A stretch of 64,000 bases of DNA from Sulfurimonas sp. GTDB lineage: Bacteria; Campylobacterota; Campylobacteria; Campylobacterales; Sulfurimonadaceae. Below, piece after piece: positions 40,481-49,786 of this stretch (its first letter is position 1; the number at the start of each line of letters is the position of its first letter). Below the pieces are notes generated by a model, which did no database searches, had not been told where the DNA came from, and worked only from the letters and a program-made list of their open reading frames with translations. Location: assembly GCA_027063505.1 (NCBI GenBank), contig JAMORO010000064.1:4343-68342 (forward strand), in the 5' to 3' direction. The position numbers and the translations under genes are program-made.

Positions 40481-41441
40481 TATGCTTATAAATCCAGAGA
40501 TATTGACTCTATATATTTTAAATATACTATTTTTTATTTTTATGAGTCTCGCTTTTGTAATGAGCTTTAAAATTGTTCTTAGATGGGATAGTAGTGCAAC
40601 TACAGAGTTACAATATACTTTAGAGAAGAGAAGTTATCTCAGTGCAACCATTATTAAGTATATTTTTTATATTAAGATTCCGCTATTCCTTTTTTTCATA
40701 TTTACACTTGATAAGATCTCTTTTGTTCTTCCTGGAGCTATGTGTGGGGCAGGGGTTGTAAATGCCAGTGAGTATGCAACACCACTTCTTTTTTTAAAGG
40801 TGATAAATCTTTACCTTTTTGCATACTGGATTACGCTTGATAGTGAAGATATGAAAAGAGAGTCTCAACCCTATCTTAAACAGAAATTTAGCCTCTTTTT
40901 AGTTTTCTATCTGCTTTTTATTATTGAGATAGCTCTTGAGACTACAATGTTTTTAAATATAGACATTAAAAGTGTTGTAGATTGCTGTGGTGCTATTTTT
41001 TCTAATAATGATGACACATACCTTTCTTTAGTATTAAGTATGCCTCATAGCCTTCTTTTATCGCTTTTTTATGGAAACTTTATTCTTATGTATCTAGCAA
41101 GTAGATTCTCTCAGGTGACACTCTTCGCTTTTTTAAATCTTACATTTATTTTTATCTCTCTTATCTCTTTAGTGTCTTTTTTTGGAACATATATTTATGA
41201 GCTGCCTACACATCACTGCCCCTTCTGTCTTTTGCAGCAGGATTATAACTATGTTGGTTATCTTCTGTATGGAGTACTATTTATAGGAACATTTAGAGGT
41301 CTTGTAATAGGATTTATAGAGTTGAGAAAGAATGAACGAGAAAATTCGTATAGAATTTCTCTTTTTTTTAATTCTCTTTTTTTAGTAATAGTGAGTAGTT
41401 ATACACTCCTCTATTTTATAAAAAATGGGGTTTGGCTTTAA
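40464..41441 (+). CDS. Polytopic membrane protein with GAMC, CC and HHCPFC motifs
   Basis: About 8 hydrophobic spans by eye; motifs at 40734-40754, 40983-40988 and 41211-41228. Alternative ATG at 40482. Confidence 0.8.
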   Translation: MENSFSMLINPEILTLYILNILFFIFMSLAFVMSFKIVLRWDSSATTELQYTLEKRSYLSATIIKYIFYIKIPLFLFFIFTLDKISFVLPGAMCGAGVVNASEYATPLLFLKVINLYLFAYWITLDSEDMKRESQPYLKQKFSLFLVFYLLFIIEIALETTMFLNIDIKSVVDCCGAIFSNNDDTYLSLVLSMPHSLLLSLFYGNFILMYLASRFSQVTLFAFLNLTFIFISLISLVSFFGTYIYELPTHHCPFCLLQQDYNYVGYLLYGVLFIGTFRGLVIGFIELRKNERENSYRISLFFNSLFLVIVSSYTLLYFIKNGVWL

Positions 41442-41731
41442 CGACCACCAAATTTATCATGCCACCACTCTGAGGGTGAATATGTCGTTTTTTTGATACT
41501 CTCTTCATCAAAAGGATACTCAAAACTGTTACAGTAATCCATGACTATCTCATAAGCATCATTTATCTGCATACTCATTTTTGTAGCTTTATCAGGATTA
41601 TCTGTATGTTTATCGGGATGCCATCTCTTCATAAGGTTTTTGTAGGAGTTTTTTATCTCTTTAAGGGAAGATGTTTGTCGAAGACCAAGGAGTGTTTTGG
41701 CCTTCATAAGTTTTTCGTAAGGAGTAGACAC
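41438..41731 (-). CDS. Small J-domain protein
   Basis: LLGL....SLKEIK..YK.LMKRWHPDK, QINDAYE. Confidence 0.88.
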   Translation of the reverse strand: MSTPYEKLMKAKTLLGLRQTSSLKEIKNSYKNLMKRWHPDKHTDNPDKATKMSMQINDAYEIVMDYCNSFEYPFDEESIKKTTYSPSEWWHDKFGGR

Positions 41732-41733
41732 TT

Positions 41734-42849
41734 TTAGTCTTGTTGTTGTCTCATATATGCAGGAATATCAAGATAGTCAGGATCTAAATCACCACCAACT
41801 ACTAAACGAGGTCTTACTTTTGCACGTGGTGGTGCAATAGGAGTCTCAGGTTCATATGTTGGCTCATTAGATAACTCTTTTTCAAATCCTGTAGCAACAA
41901 TAGTGATCTTGATAAAATTTTCTGGAAGTTCTGTATCTGTTGATGTTCCCCAGATAACTTCAGCCTCTTCATGAGCACTATCGTGAACAACTTCCATAGC
42001 CTCTGCTAACTCAAGCATAGGAAAGTCTGGATGCATATTAAAGTGTACAAGTACACCCATTGCTCCATTTATACTCATGTTATCAAGAAGAGGAGACTCT
42101 ATAGCAGCTTTGATCGCCTCATAAGCAGCATTGTCACCTACATGCTCACCAACACCCATAAGGGCCATACCTTTGTGACTCATTACAGTTTGTAAATCTG
42201 CGAAGTCAAGGTTGATATCATTATCTCCACTAGAGAGAATCACACCTGAAGTACCACTCACTGCTTGTGCTAAAACGCTATCAACTATTTTAAAGCTCTC
42301 TTTCATACCGAGTTTACGGTCTATGATAGAGAGAAGTTTATCGTTTGGAATCACAACAATAGAGTCAGACTCTTTTTTTAGTTCACTTAGACCTGCTTCT
42401 GCAAGTTTAAGACGTTTACGACCCTCAAACATAAAAGGTTTTGTAACTATAGAGATAGTCAGTGCACCAACTTCTTTAGCGATCTGTGCAACAACTGGTG
42501 CTGCACCAGTTCCTGTACCACCACCAAGTCCAGCAGAGATAAATACGATATCTGCACCCTCTAAGGCTGCACGAATTTCATCGTAGTTCTCTAAGGCAGA
42601 ATCTTTACCAATCTCTGGTTTCATCCCTGCACCAAGACCTTTTGTAAGCTTCGCACCTATTTGGATTTTTGATGCTGCTGAGTTTTCGTTTAAAACTTGA
42701 GCATCAGTGTTTATAAGCATCATCTCTATGCCTGTAACACCCTCTTTAAGCATATGTCCGATCATGTTTCCACCACCGCCACCAACACCAACAGCTATAA
42801 TTCTTGCACCATTAAGGTTGCTTGATTCTTCTACTACAAATGGTTCCAT
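41734..42849 (-). CDS. ftsZ: Cell division protein FtsZ
   Basis: GVGGGGGN, AGLGGGTGTG, INLDFADL. Confidence 0.99.
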   Translation of the reverse strand: MEPFVVEESSNLNGARIIAVGVGGGGGNMIGHMLKEGVTGIEMMLINTDAQVLNENSAASKIQIGAKLTKGLGAGMKPEIGKDSALENYDEIRAALEGADIVFISAGLGGGTGTGAAPVVAQIAKEVGALTISIVTKPFMFEGRKRLKLAEAGLSELKKESDSIVVIPNDKLLSIIDRKLGMKESFKIVDSVLAQAVSGTSGVILSSGDNDINLDFADLQTVMSHKGMALMGVGEHVGDNAAYEAIKAAIESPLLDNMSINGAMGVLVHFNMHPDFPMLELAEAMEVVHDSAHEEAEVIWGTSTDTELPENFIKITIVATGFEKELSNEPTYEPETPIAPPRAKVRPRLVVGGDLDPDYLDIPAYMRQQQD

Positions 42850-42861
42850 TACTTTACTCCT

Positions 42862-44226
42862 TTAAAATAACTGGGTTGCCCAGTTCCAAAACTTACTAAT
42901 TCCACTCGCTTCATCACTCTTCTTCTCTTTTTTATCACCAAGTGTAACCATACTTGGCTTTTTACTCTCTTCTTCTGATGGAGCGACAGGAATCTCTATG
43001 CTACTTGGAGCAGAAAAGTTAACTTCTGTTTCACCTGTTGGCATCTCATTTGTATGACGAACTCGTTTATTTGCATCTATCTCATAAGGAGTATAAGCAA
43101 AGGCTGAGTACATTACAAGACCAATAGCACTTGAAAATTCAGCACTACGAAGTTCATCAAAGAGCCCATTCATCTCTACTGGACGAGCGAGACGAACAGG
43201 AATAGAACCAAAAGTTGCTATTGCTAACTCACGAATACCTTCCATTTTTGAGAAACCACCCGTTAGAACGATTCCCGCTCCAATCTGATCTTTTAAACCA
43301 CTATTTTCAATAAACTGTGCGAGAATCATAAGTGTCTCTTCCACTCTAGCATAGATTACATTATGTACAACATCAAGAGATACTTCATGTGTAGTATCTA
43401 CATCCCCAATAACAGGAATCTCAATAAGTTCATTTGATTGGTTTGTTAGAGAACCATATGTAAGCTTTACTTTATCTGCAATATTAAGTGGTGTATGTAG
43501 TGCCATTGAGAGGTCTGATGTGACATGGTTTGAACCTACACCGAGAAACTCATTGTATCTTATAGCATTTCCAGAGTGAATAGCAATATTACTTGTATTA
43601 CCACCCATATCAATAACAGCAGCACCGAGCTCTTTCTCATCGTCGTTAAGTGTTGCAATAGATGAAGCATAAGAGTTTAAAACAATATTTTCTACCTCTA
43701 CACCTGCACCAAGAACAGCTTTTTTAAGGTTGTTGAGATTTGACTTTTGTGTTGTGATGATATGTGTTTCAACTTCTAAACGTGAAGCATTCATCCCTAA
43801 TGGATCTTCTATAAAGTCTTGATCATCAACTTTGAAGTTGAATGGGAGAGTATGAAGAACTTCATACTCATTTGGAATATTTGCATTATAAAGAGAGGTG
43901 TGCATTACCCGTTCTATCTCTTTAAAGCTAATCTCTTTTGTCTGTATATTTACTATACCGTTTGAGTTGAGGCTTTTTGTATAAGCACCACTCATAGAGA
44001 CTATAGCAGATTTAACATCACTTCCAGAGACGCGTTTTGCATCTTCTACGGCAGTTTTGATACTTCTTGATGCTAACTCTATATTTGTTATACTACCACG
44101 TTTAAGACCCTGTGCACGAGTTGTACCAGCACCAGTGATAGATATGGTGTTGTCATTTGCAATCTCTGCAATAACAGCACATATTTTAGTAGAGCCAATA
44201 TCTATGGCTAAAACAGTTCTACTCAA
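42862..44226 (-). CDS. ftsA: Cell division protein FtsA
   Basis: AIDIGSTKI, VIDMGG, IVLTGG; upstream of ftsZ. Confidence 0.97.
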   Translation of the reverse strand: MSRTVLAIDIGSTKICAVIAEIANDNTISITGAGTTRAQGLKRGSITNIELASRSIKTAVEDAKRVSGSDVKSAIVSMSGAYTKSLNSNGIVNIQTKEISFKEIERVMHTSLYNANIPNEYEVLHTLPFNFKVDDQDFIEDPLGMNASRLEVETHIITTQKSNLNNLKKAVLGAGVEVENIVLNSYASSIATLNDDEKELGAAVIDMGGNTSNIAIHSGNAIRYNEFLGVGSNHVTSDLSMALHTPLNIADKVKLTYGSLTNQSNELIEIPVIGDVDTTHEVSLDVVHNVIYARVEETLMILAQFIENSGLKDQIGAGIVLTGGFSKMEGIRELAIATFGSIPVRLARPVEMNGLFDELRSAEFSSAIGLVMYSAFAYTPYEIDANKRVRHTNEMPTGETEVNFSAPSSIEIPVAPSEEESKKPSMVTLGDKKEKKSDEASGISKFWNWATQLF

Positions 44227-44227
44227 T

Positions 44228-45691
44228 TTAGAGTCCTTGGATAAATATCTCAGTTTTATACTTGCTCTCTAATCTTTTGATAAGAGCCTCGTTAAACATA
44301 GCAGTTTTTATTTTATTCATTGATTGCATCAAATCATTATTGGTTTTAGAAAGCAATTTTTGTTCCAAAATATAGTATAAAACAATTTTTCCACTGTTTA
44401 ATGTTATGTAAGAACGTTTCTTGTCACTACTAAAGAGTTGTTGTAAAAACTCACTAGCTTCAGCTTCTGAAAGCTGCTGTAGTAATAGGGTGTCTTGTGA
44501 AGTGATAAAAGGTGTATTTGTACCACTAAAAGTAGCAAGTGAGTTATTTGCGAGTTCTTGTAGTTTTGTTTTTTTTGTTTCAGATGTGTAAGCTAAGAGT
44601 ATAGCTTCTTTTGCTTCTTCAAAACTTTTAGGTGCTGCTGGAATAATTTTCACAAGTTCAAAAGTATGGTAAATTCCATTTACTTGTAGTGGTTTCATAT
44701 AGGGAGCAGTTAAAGAGAGTGCTGCTATTTTCTCTAAAGCTTCTGCATTAAAAGGATTGTTTGTAGCAGAGATGATTTTTGTAGAGATAGTGATATTCTC
44801 TAGTTTTCCTTTTTTGTATGCAATGTATGCACGGAGTGCTTTATCTTTTGTAGCCTTTGCATTTAACTCTTTTGTAACGGCAGCTTTAGCAGACTCTAGT
44901 GGAAGAATTTTCCCTTCACTATCTTTAAAGTGTGTTTTATTTTCATTGTAATATTTTGAGAGTTTAGCATCATCATAAGAAGCATTTATAACATTTTGTG
45001 TAATATATTTCACTTCGTAAGCAGTATCACTCATGTAGTTCTGCTTTCTAGTTTCCCAAAAAGCTTTGAGCTCATCTTCTGTTGGTGAAACTGTAATATC
45101 TTCTGTTGTTAAAACTTTATAGTTTATCTTATCCGCGATATTTAAAATAGTTTCAAGCACTTTTGTCTCATTCTCTGTCGCATTACTTGGAAGTAGTGCT
45201 AATGTTTTTCTAATTAAAAGGTCTTTTTTAAGACCCGCTTCAAACTCTTTTGTACTAAGTCTGTTTTGAGAGAGTACCTGTTTATAAGTCTCTTTGTCAA
45301 AAACACCATCTTTGAAAAAATATGTCTGTTTTTTAAGTTCAGCAATAAGTTCAGCATCGCTTACTTGAAGATCATAAGATGCTGCAAGGTTTAAGATAAG
45401 TGCTTGTTGTGTTAGCTGATTAAGTGCCTGTTTTTGAAGACCAAACTGTTTTGCTTTCTCTTCATCAAAGTTTCCTTGAAACATTTTGTTATACTGTACA
45501 TAAAGATTTGAGTAACTTTTCTGAAGTTCACCTTGAGTAATCTCTACATCACCAACTTTAGCAATTGCTCCAGCTTTATCGCCATAACTATACTGACCCC
45601 AGCCAACGAAACCTGCTCCAACAAACGCGATAGTTGAAATCCATATAGTAATAATTAGCCACTTCTTGTGTCTCTGCATCCATGTAATCAT
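44228..45691 (-). CDS. ppiD: PpiD-like membrane-anchored periplasmic chaperone
   Basis: MITWMQRHKK plus TM, AKVGDVEIT (SurA-N-like); precedes ftsAZ. Confidence 0.8.
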   Translation of the reverse strand: MITWMQRHKKWLIITIWISTIAFVGAGFVGWGQYSYGDKAGAIAKVGDVEITQGELQKSYSNLYVQYNKMFQGNFDEEKAKQFGLQKQALNQLTQQALILNLAASYDLQVSDAELIAELKKQTYFFKDGVFDKETYKQVLSQNRLSTKEFEAGLKKDLLIRKTLALLPSNATENETKVLETILNIADKINYKVLTTEDITVSPTEDELKAFWETRKQNYMSDTAYEVKYITQNVINASYDDAKLSKYYNENKTHFKDSEGKILPLESAKAAVTKELNAKATKDKALRAYIAYKKGKLENITISTKIISATNNPFNAEALEKIAALSLTAPYMKPLQVNGIYHTFELVKIIPAAPKSFEEAKEAILLAYTSETKKTKLQELANNSLATFSGTNTPFITSQDTLLLQQLSEAEASEFLQQLFSSDKKRSYITLNSGKIVLYYILEQKLLSKTNNDLMQSMNKIKTAMFNEALIKRLESKYKTEIFIQGL

Positions 45692-45794
45692 ATAAAAAAA
45701 ACCTTACTTCTTGATATTTATGTAATAATAGGTAAATTACCATTAATTCTTGATAAAAAGGGTTCTATTTACGAAAAGAAAGGCTTTTGTAACA

Positions 45795-46385
45795 CTACTC
45801 AGTATCGAAATTTGTTTGGGAGTTGTCTAGCATAAGAAGTCTACAGCTTTTTTCTAAAATTGCAAGTTTTTTTGCCATTTCATGAATATCGCGACTATAT
45901 GCATAAACGCCATATCCCCGAATAACCATTAGATTTGTTTTATTTGTTTGTAGATAATAGGCTATCTCACTATCTGCTCTATCATACCAATCTTCAAACT
46001 GTTTTGGGTCAATAACTTCAATAGTTCCAATCTCTTTGAATCCAAAGTAATCCTTAGGTGTAATTAAGTCGTGCTTAAGTGAGTAAGCTGTGGTAAACTG
46101 TGGCATTGAAAAACAGATAAATTTTGCTTCACTGATTTGAGAGTAGATACTAAAGTGAATCTTAGCATCTATACTTGCTTGATTCCATCGGTAATCTTTT
46201 TTAAAGTAGAGCTCAATCAGACTTAAATCATCAAGCGCATCAAAAACAGCCTCTTTTGTGTTTATAAGAAAACGGCTAGATTCCGTTTTAGCAGAGATAC
46301 TTCCATGGTAGATACCAAAGAAGTCTTTTCTAAACATAGAGAGTGCTAATGTTTCAAGACGATGTTTAAGATTTGTTTTATTCAT
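45795..46385 (-). CDS. Class II aldolase/adducin-fold protein lacking the Zn-binding histidines
   Basis: GSIS, ASIDAKIH..IY, RGYG. The HxH motif position reads FSM. Confidence 0.75.
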   Translation of the reverse strand: MNKTNLKHRLETLALSMFRKDFFGIYHGSISAKTESSRFLINTKEAVFDALDDLSLIELYFKKDYRWNQASIDAKIHFSIYSQISEAKFICFSMPQFTTAYSLKHDLITPKDYFGFKEIGTIEVIDPKQFEDWYDRADSEIAYYLQTNKTNLMVIRGYGVYAYSRDIHEMAKKLAILEKSCRLLMLDNSQTNFDTE

Positions 46386-46389
46386 CTCT

Positions 46390-47520
46390 CTATTTGAACC
46401 AGCTTTTCATCTTATCTATCGCTGATTCTAAAACACCCTCATGTGGTGTTGATTCAATACCAAAAGAGGATTGTAGTTTTGCGATTAGATCTTTCTGTTC
46501 ATCATTGAGTTTTTCAGGGTACTGAATGTTGATGATTGCAATTAAATTTCCTTTGCCGTGTCCATGAACATCTTCAATTCCTTCACTTCTAAAGGTAAAA
46601 CGCTGTTTATCTCTAGTTCCTACTTGTAGTTTCAGCTCAAGTTCACCAGTGAGTGATGGGATAGTAATCGTTTCACCTGTTATGGCTTGTGTGAAAAATA
46701 CAGGAATTTCTATGTAAACATCATTGTCATCACGAATAAAATGTTTATCTTGTGCTACTTCAAATGTTACATAAAGGTCACCACGACTTCCATTTTTACC
46801 AATGTTCCCTTTTCCAGAAACTCTTAAACGGTTACCCGTATCAATTCCTGCTGGAATTTTAACACTGACACTCTCTTTAACTTCATCGTAACCACGACCT
46901 TTACAAGATTTACATTTGTCAGTTGCTGCAGTTCCTGTTCCTTGACATGCTGGACATGTTTGTGCAAATGTCATAAAGCCTTGTTGCATTGCTACTTGAC
47001 CTTGACCGCCACACTGTTTACAAGTTGAGAGTTTACCGTTTTTAGCACCGGTTCCCTTACAGTCTTTACATGCTTTTTTATACTTAAAAGTTACCTCTTT
47101 TTCACAGCCAAAGATAGCTTCATCAAAAGAGAGTCTCATGTCTACATTCATATCTAATGGATACTTATCCACATCTGCTGGGTTTCTACGACGACGAGAT
47201 CCACCGCCACCAAAGCCATTAAACATCTCTTCAAACATAGAACCTAAGTCATCAAAGCCAGCAGAAGAGCGACGGCCACCGCCACCACCCATACCTTGAA
47301 GTCCCTCTTTCCCATAACGGTCATAGATACTTTTTTGCTGCTCATCACTTAAACACTGGTATGCTTCATTACAGAGTTTAAACTTGTGCTCTGCTTCTTT
47401 GTCCCCTGGATTTTTATCAGGATGATACTTTTTAGCCATAGCTCTGTAGGCTTTTTTTATAGTTGTTTTATCTGCGCTCTGCGATACTTCTAGTATTTCA
47501 TAGTAACTTAAATCTTCCAT
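46390..47520 (-). CDS. dnaJ: Chaperone DnaJ
   Basis: J domain with HPD, G/F region, four CxxCxGxG repeats. Confidence 0.97.
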   Translation of the reverse strand: MEDLSYYEILEVSQSADKTTIKKAYRAMAKKYHPDKNPGDKEAEHKFKLCNEAYQCLSDEQQKSIYDRYGKEGLQGMGGGGGRRSSAGFDDLGSMFEEMFNGFGGGGSRRRRNPADVDKYPLDMNVDMRLSFDEAIFGCEKEVTFKYKKACKDCKGTGAKNGKLSTCKQCGGQGQVAMQQGFMTFAQTCPACQGTGTAATDKCKSCKGRGYDEVKESVSVKIPAGIDTGNRLRVSGKGNIGKNGSRGDLYVTFEVAQDKHFIRDDNDVYIEIPVFFTQAITGETITIPSLTGELELKLQVGTRDKQRFTFRSEGIEDVHGHGKGNLIAIINIQYPEKLNDEQKDLIAKLQSSFGIESTPHEGVLESAIDKMKSWFK

Positions 47521-47598
47521 TTTTCACCTATAACTTATAAAAATATTTTTGGAATTATACCCATAAAAAATAAATACTATAAACGCTATAATCCATTT

Positions 47599-48705
47599 AT
47601 GATTAAAGGTTTCCTAATTTTACTTATAAGTTTGCTTTTTTTGAGCTGTTTAAAGAGAGAATCTACCACTCTTTTCGATACATTACCGCATACTTACCTA
47701 AAAAAAAGTGAGTTTAAAGAGCTTGATAGATATGATAGTGAGCACTTTGATACAGTTTTAGAAAGTTTTATAAATAACTGTACTACTAAAAAAGCTCGTA
47801 AAATATATGGTGACCTATGCATCGATGCTAAGTATGTAGTTGATTCAGAATCTTTTTTTAAGAAGAACTTTACCCCTTACCGTATCTATACTAAAGAGCA
47901 GGAAGATGAAGGACTCTTGACCGGTTACTATGAGCCACACCTTTTTGCTTCTCTTAAAAAGAGTAAACGCTATAAATATCCACTTTATGAGACACCAAAT
48001 GATCTGATAATAGTGGATTTGAGTTCAATCTATCCTGCACTTAAAAAGTATAGACTTAGAGGGAGAATAGAAGGGAATAGACTTGTTCCTTATGATACAC
48101 GAGCAGAGAGTAAAAGAAAAAAAGTAGATGCTGCTGTTATCTGTTACTGTGATTCAAAAATAGATAGGTTTTTTTTAGAGATACAGGGTTCGGGTAGAGT
48201 AGAACTTAATGATGGAAATACAATGTTCATAGGTTATGATAATCAAAACGGGCACAAGTATAGAGCAATTGGGCGTTACCTTGTAAAGATAGGAGCACTT
48301 AAACTACAAGATGTTTCTCTTCAAAGTATTCGTGCATGGCTGAGTACCCATCCAAAGAGAGTGGATGAAGTACTTAACTTTAATAAATCTCTAGTCTATT
48401 TTAAAGAGCGATCACAAGGGGCTACCGGAGCTTTAGGTTTAGAACTTACTCCTAAAAGATCTGTTGCCGTAGATAGAAGTTTTATCCCTTTAGGGAGTAT
48501 GCTTTATCTGAATGCTGATGTAAATGCTAGCTCTTTTAGTCAGACAGTTTTTGCACAAGATACAGGTGGTGCTATAAAGGGTGCTATACGAGCAGACCTT
48601 TTTTTAGGAGCAGGTAAAAGTGCTTTAGAAATTGCAGGAAAGTTAAAATCCCCTCTGAAAATTTGGATATTTTTACCAAAAAAATTAAAAAAGAGTAGTA
48701 AATGA
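47599..48705 (+). CDS. mltA: Membrane-bound lytic murein transglycosylase A
   Basis: Lipobox FLSC; TGYYEP, EIQGSG, QDTGGAIKG.IRADLF.G. Confidence 0.93.
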   Translation: MIKGFLILLISLLFLSCLKRESTTLFDTLPHTYLKKSEFKELDRYDSEHFDTVLESFINNCTTKKARKIYGDLCIDAKYVVDSESFFKKNFTPYRIYTKEQEDEGLLTGYYEPHLFASLKKSKRYKYPLYETPNDLIIVDLSSIYPALKKYRLRGRIEGNRLVPYDTRAESKRKKVDAAVICYCDSKIDRFFLEIQGSGRVELNDGNTMFIGYDNQNGHKYRAIGRYLVKIGALKLQDVSLQSIRAWLSTHPKRVDEVLNFNKSLVYFKERSQGATGALGLELTPKRSVAVDRSFIPLGSMLYLNADVNASSFSQTVFAQDTGGAIKGAIRADLFLGAGKSALEIAGKLKSPLKIWIFLPKKLKKSSK

Positions 48706-49271
48706 ATCGTTCTTTAGAAAAATTTAATCGTCTTGTTGATTCCCTTCAAGAGTTACCAACCATCGGAAAAAAATCTGCTACGAGACTCGCATATCATATG
48801 ATAATGAATGATACTTTTGTTGGAATGAGAATTTCACATGCTATAGAAGATGCTTTGAGAAACTTGAAGAAATGTGAAGAGTGTGGGGGAATGAGTGAGG
48901 ATGAACTCTGTTATATCTGCACAGATGATGGTCGTGATGCAACACTTTTATGTATTGTTGAAAATGCTAAAGATATTCTTCTTTTAGAGGAGAATGGACT
49001 CTTTGATGGTCGCTATTTTGTTTTAGAGAATCTAGATGAAGTAAGTATCGCAAAGTTAGAATATTTAGTAGATAATGGTGTTAATGAAGTACTCTTTGCA
49101 CTCACACCATCCATAGCAAATGACGCAGTAATTCTTTACATAGAGGATAAGCTTGGAGCTTATAGTGTAAACTTCTCCAAAATAGCACAGGGTGTACCAA
49201 CTGGAGTAAGTTTAGAAAATATAGACTTACTCTCGCTCACTCGGGCTTTAGAAGATCGAGTGAGGGTTTAA
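48702..49271 (+). CDS. recR: Recombination protein RecR
   Basis: LPTIGKKSATRLAY, C4 zinc finger, IAQGVPTG. Confidence 0.95.
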   Translation: MNRSLEKFNRLVDSLQELPTIGKKSATRLAYHMIMNDTFVGMRISHAIEDALRNLKKCEECGGMSEDELCYICTDDGRDATLLCIVENAKDILLLEENGLFDGRYFVLENLDEVSIAKLEYLVDNGVNEVLFALTPSIANDAVILYIEDKLGAYSVNFSKIAQGVPTGVSLENIDLLSLTRALEDRVRV

Positions 49272-49307
49272 TAGTTAAGTTATACTCTCTTATTGTAGGA
49301 TAAGTCC

Positions 49308-49607
49308 TTAGCTGGCACTTGCTGCAGATGCCATGCCAAGCATTCCAAGTAATACAGGTGATGTCATAAAACCAATAATGGCAAAAACAATTCCTAGTGA
49401 ACTCCAAATAAATTGTTTTTTTATAATTCCAATAACACCAAATAGTAAAGATAGTGGAACAAATAATATAGAGAACATAAATATACTAATAAGTCCAAAA
49501 ATAAATGATGCAATTCCCATTGCACTTGAGGCATTTTGAATAATAATTGTTTGTTGGGCAGTAGCTTGACCGCTTAGTGGTTGTGTAGTTTCTTGAGTTT
49601 CAGACAT
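49308..49607 (-). CDS. Small membrane protein (DUF4190-like)
   Basis: AMGIASFIFGLIS...LLFGVIG; GGAG ribosome-binding site; 2-3 TMs. Confidence 0.65.
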   Translation of the reverse strand: MSETQETTQPLSGQATAQQTIIIQNASSAMGIASFIFGLISIFMFSILFVPLSLLFGVIGIIKKQFIWSSLGIVFAIIGFMTSPVLLGMLGMASAASAS

Positions 49608-49786
49608 AGTGTCTCCTTAGGTATATTACCAATTATAATCACAAATAAGTAAATTTAATACTACAGAGTAGAACTAAATATAACTATTTAATGTGTAGTG
49701 TAATAGTACATTAGAAGTGTGTATTAAATGTGTACTTTTATATTTTTTTTGTTAAAAAAAGTGTAAATTTTGAGAGGTGGGAAAGT

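Noticed and set aside
38000-41441. Calling the cassette a nos (N2O reductase) cluster
   Set aside because: No nosZ, nosD, nosY or nosR/GH in the window, and the permease is FtsX/LolC-type rather than NosY-type.
47165-47173. DnaA box TTATCCACA
   Set aside because: A single copy inside the dnaJ coding sequence with no cluster; not an origin.
47521-47598. HspR HAIR or HrcA CIRCE operator upstream of dnaJ
   Set aside because: Neither inverted repeat is present.
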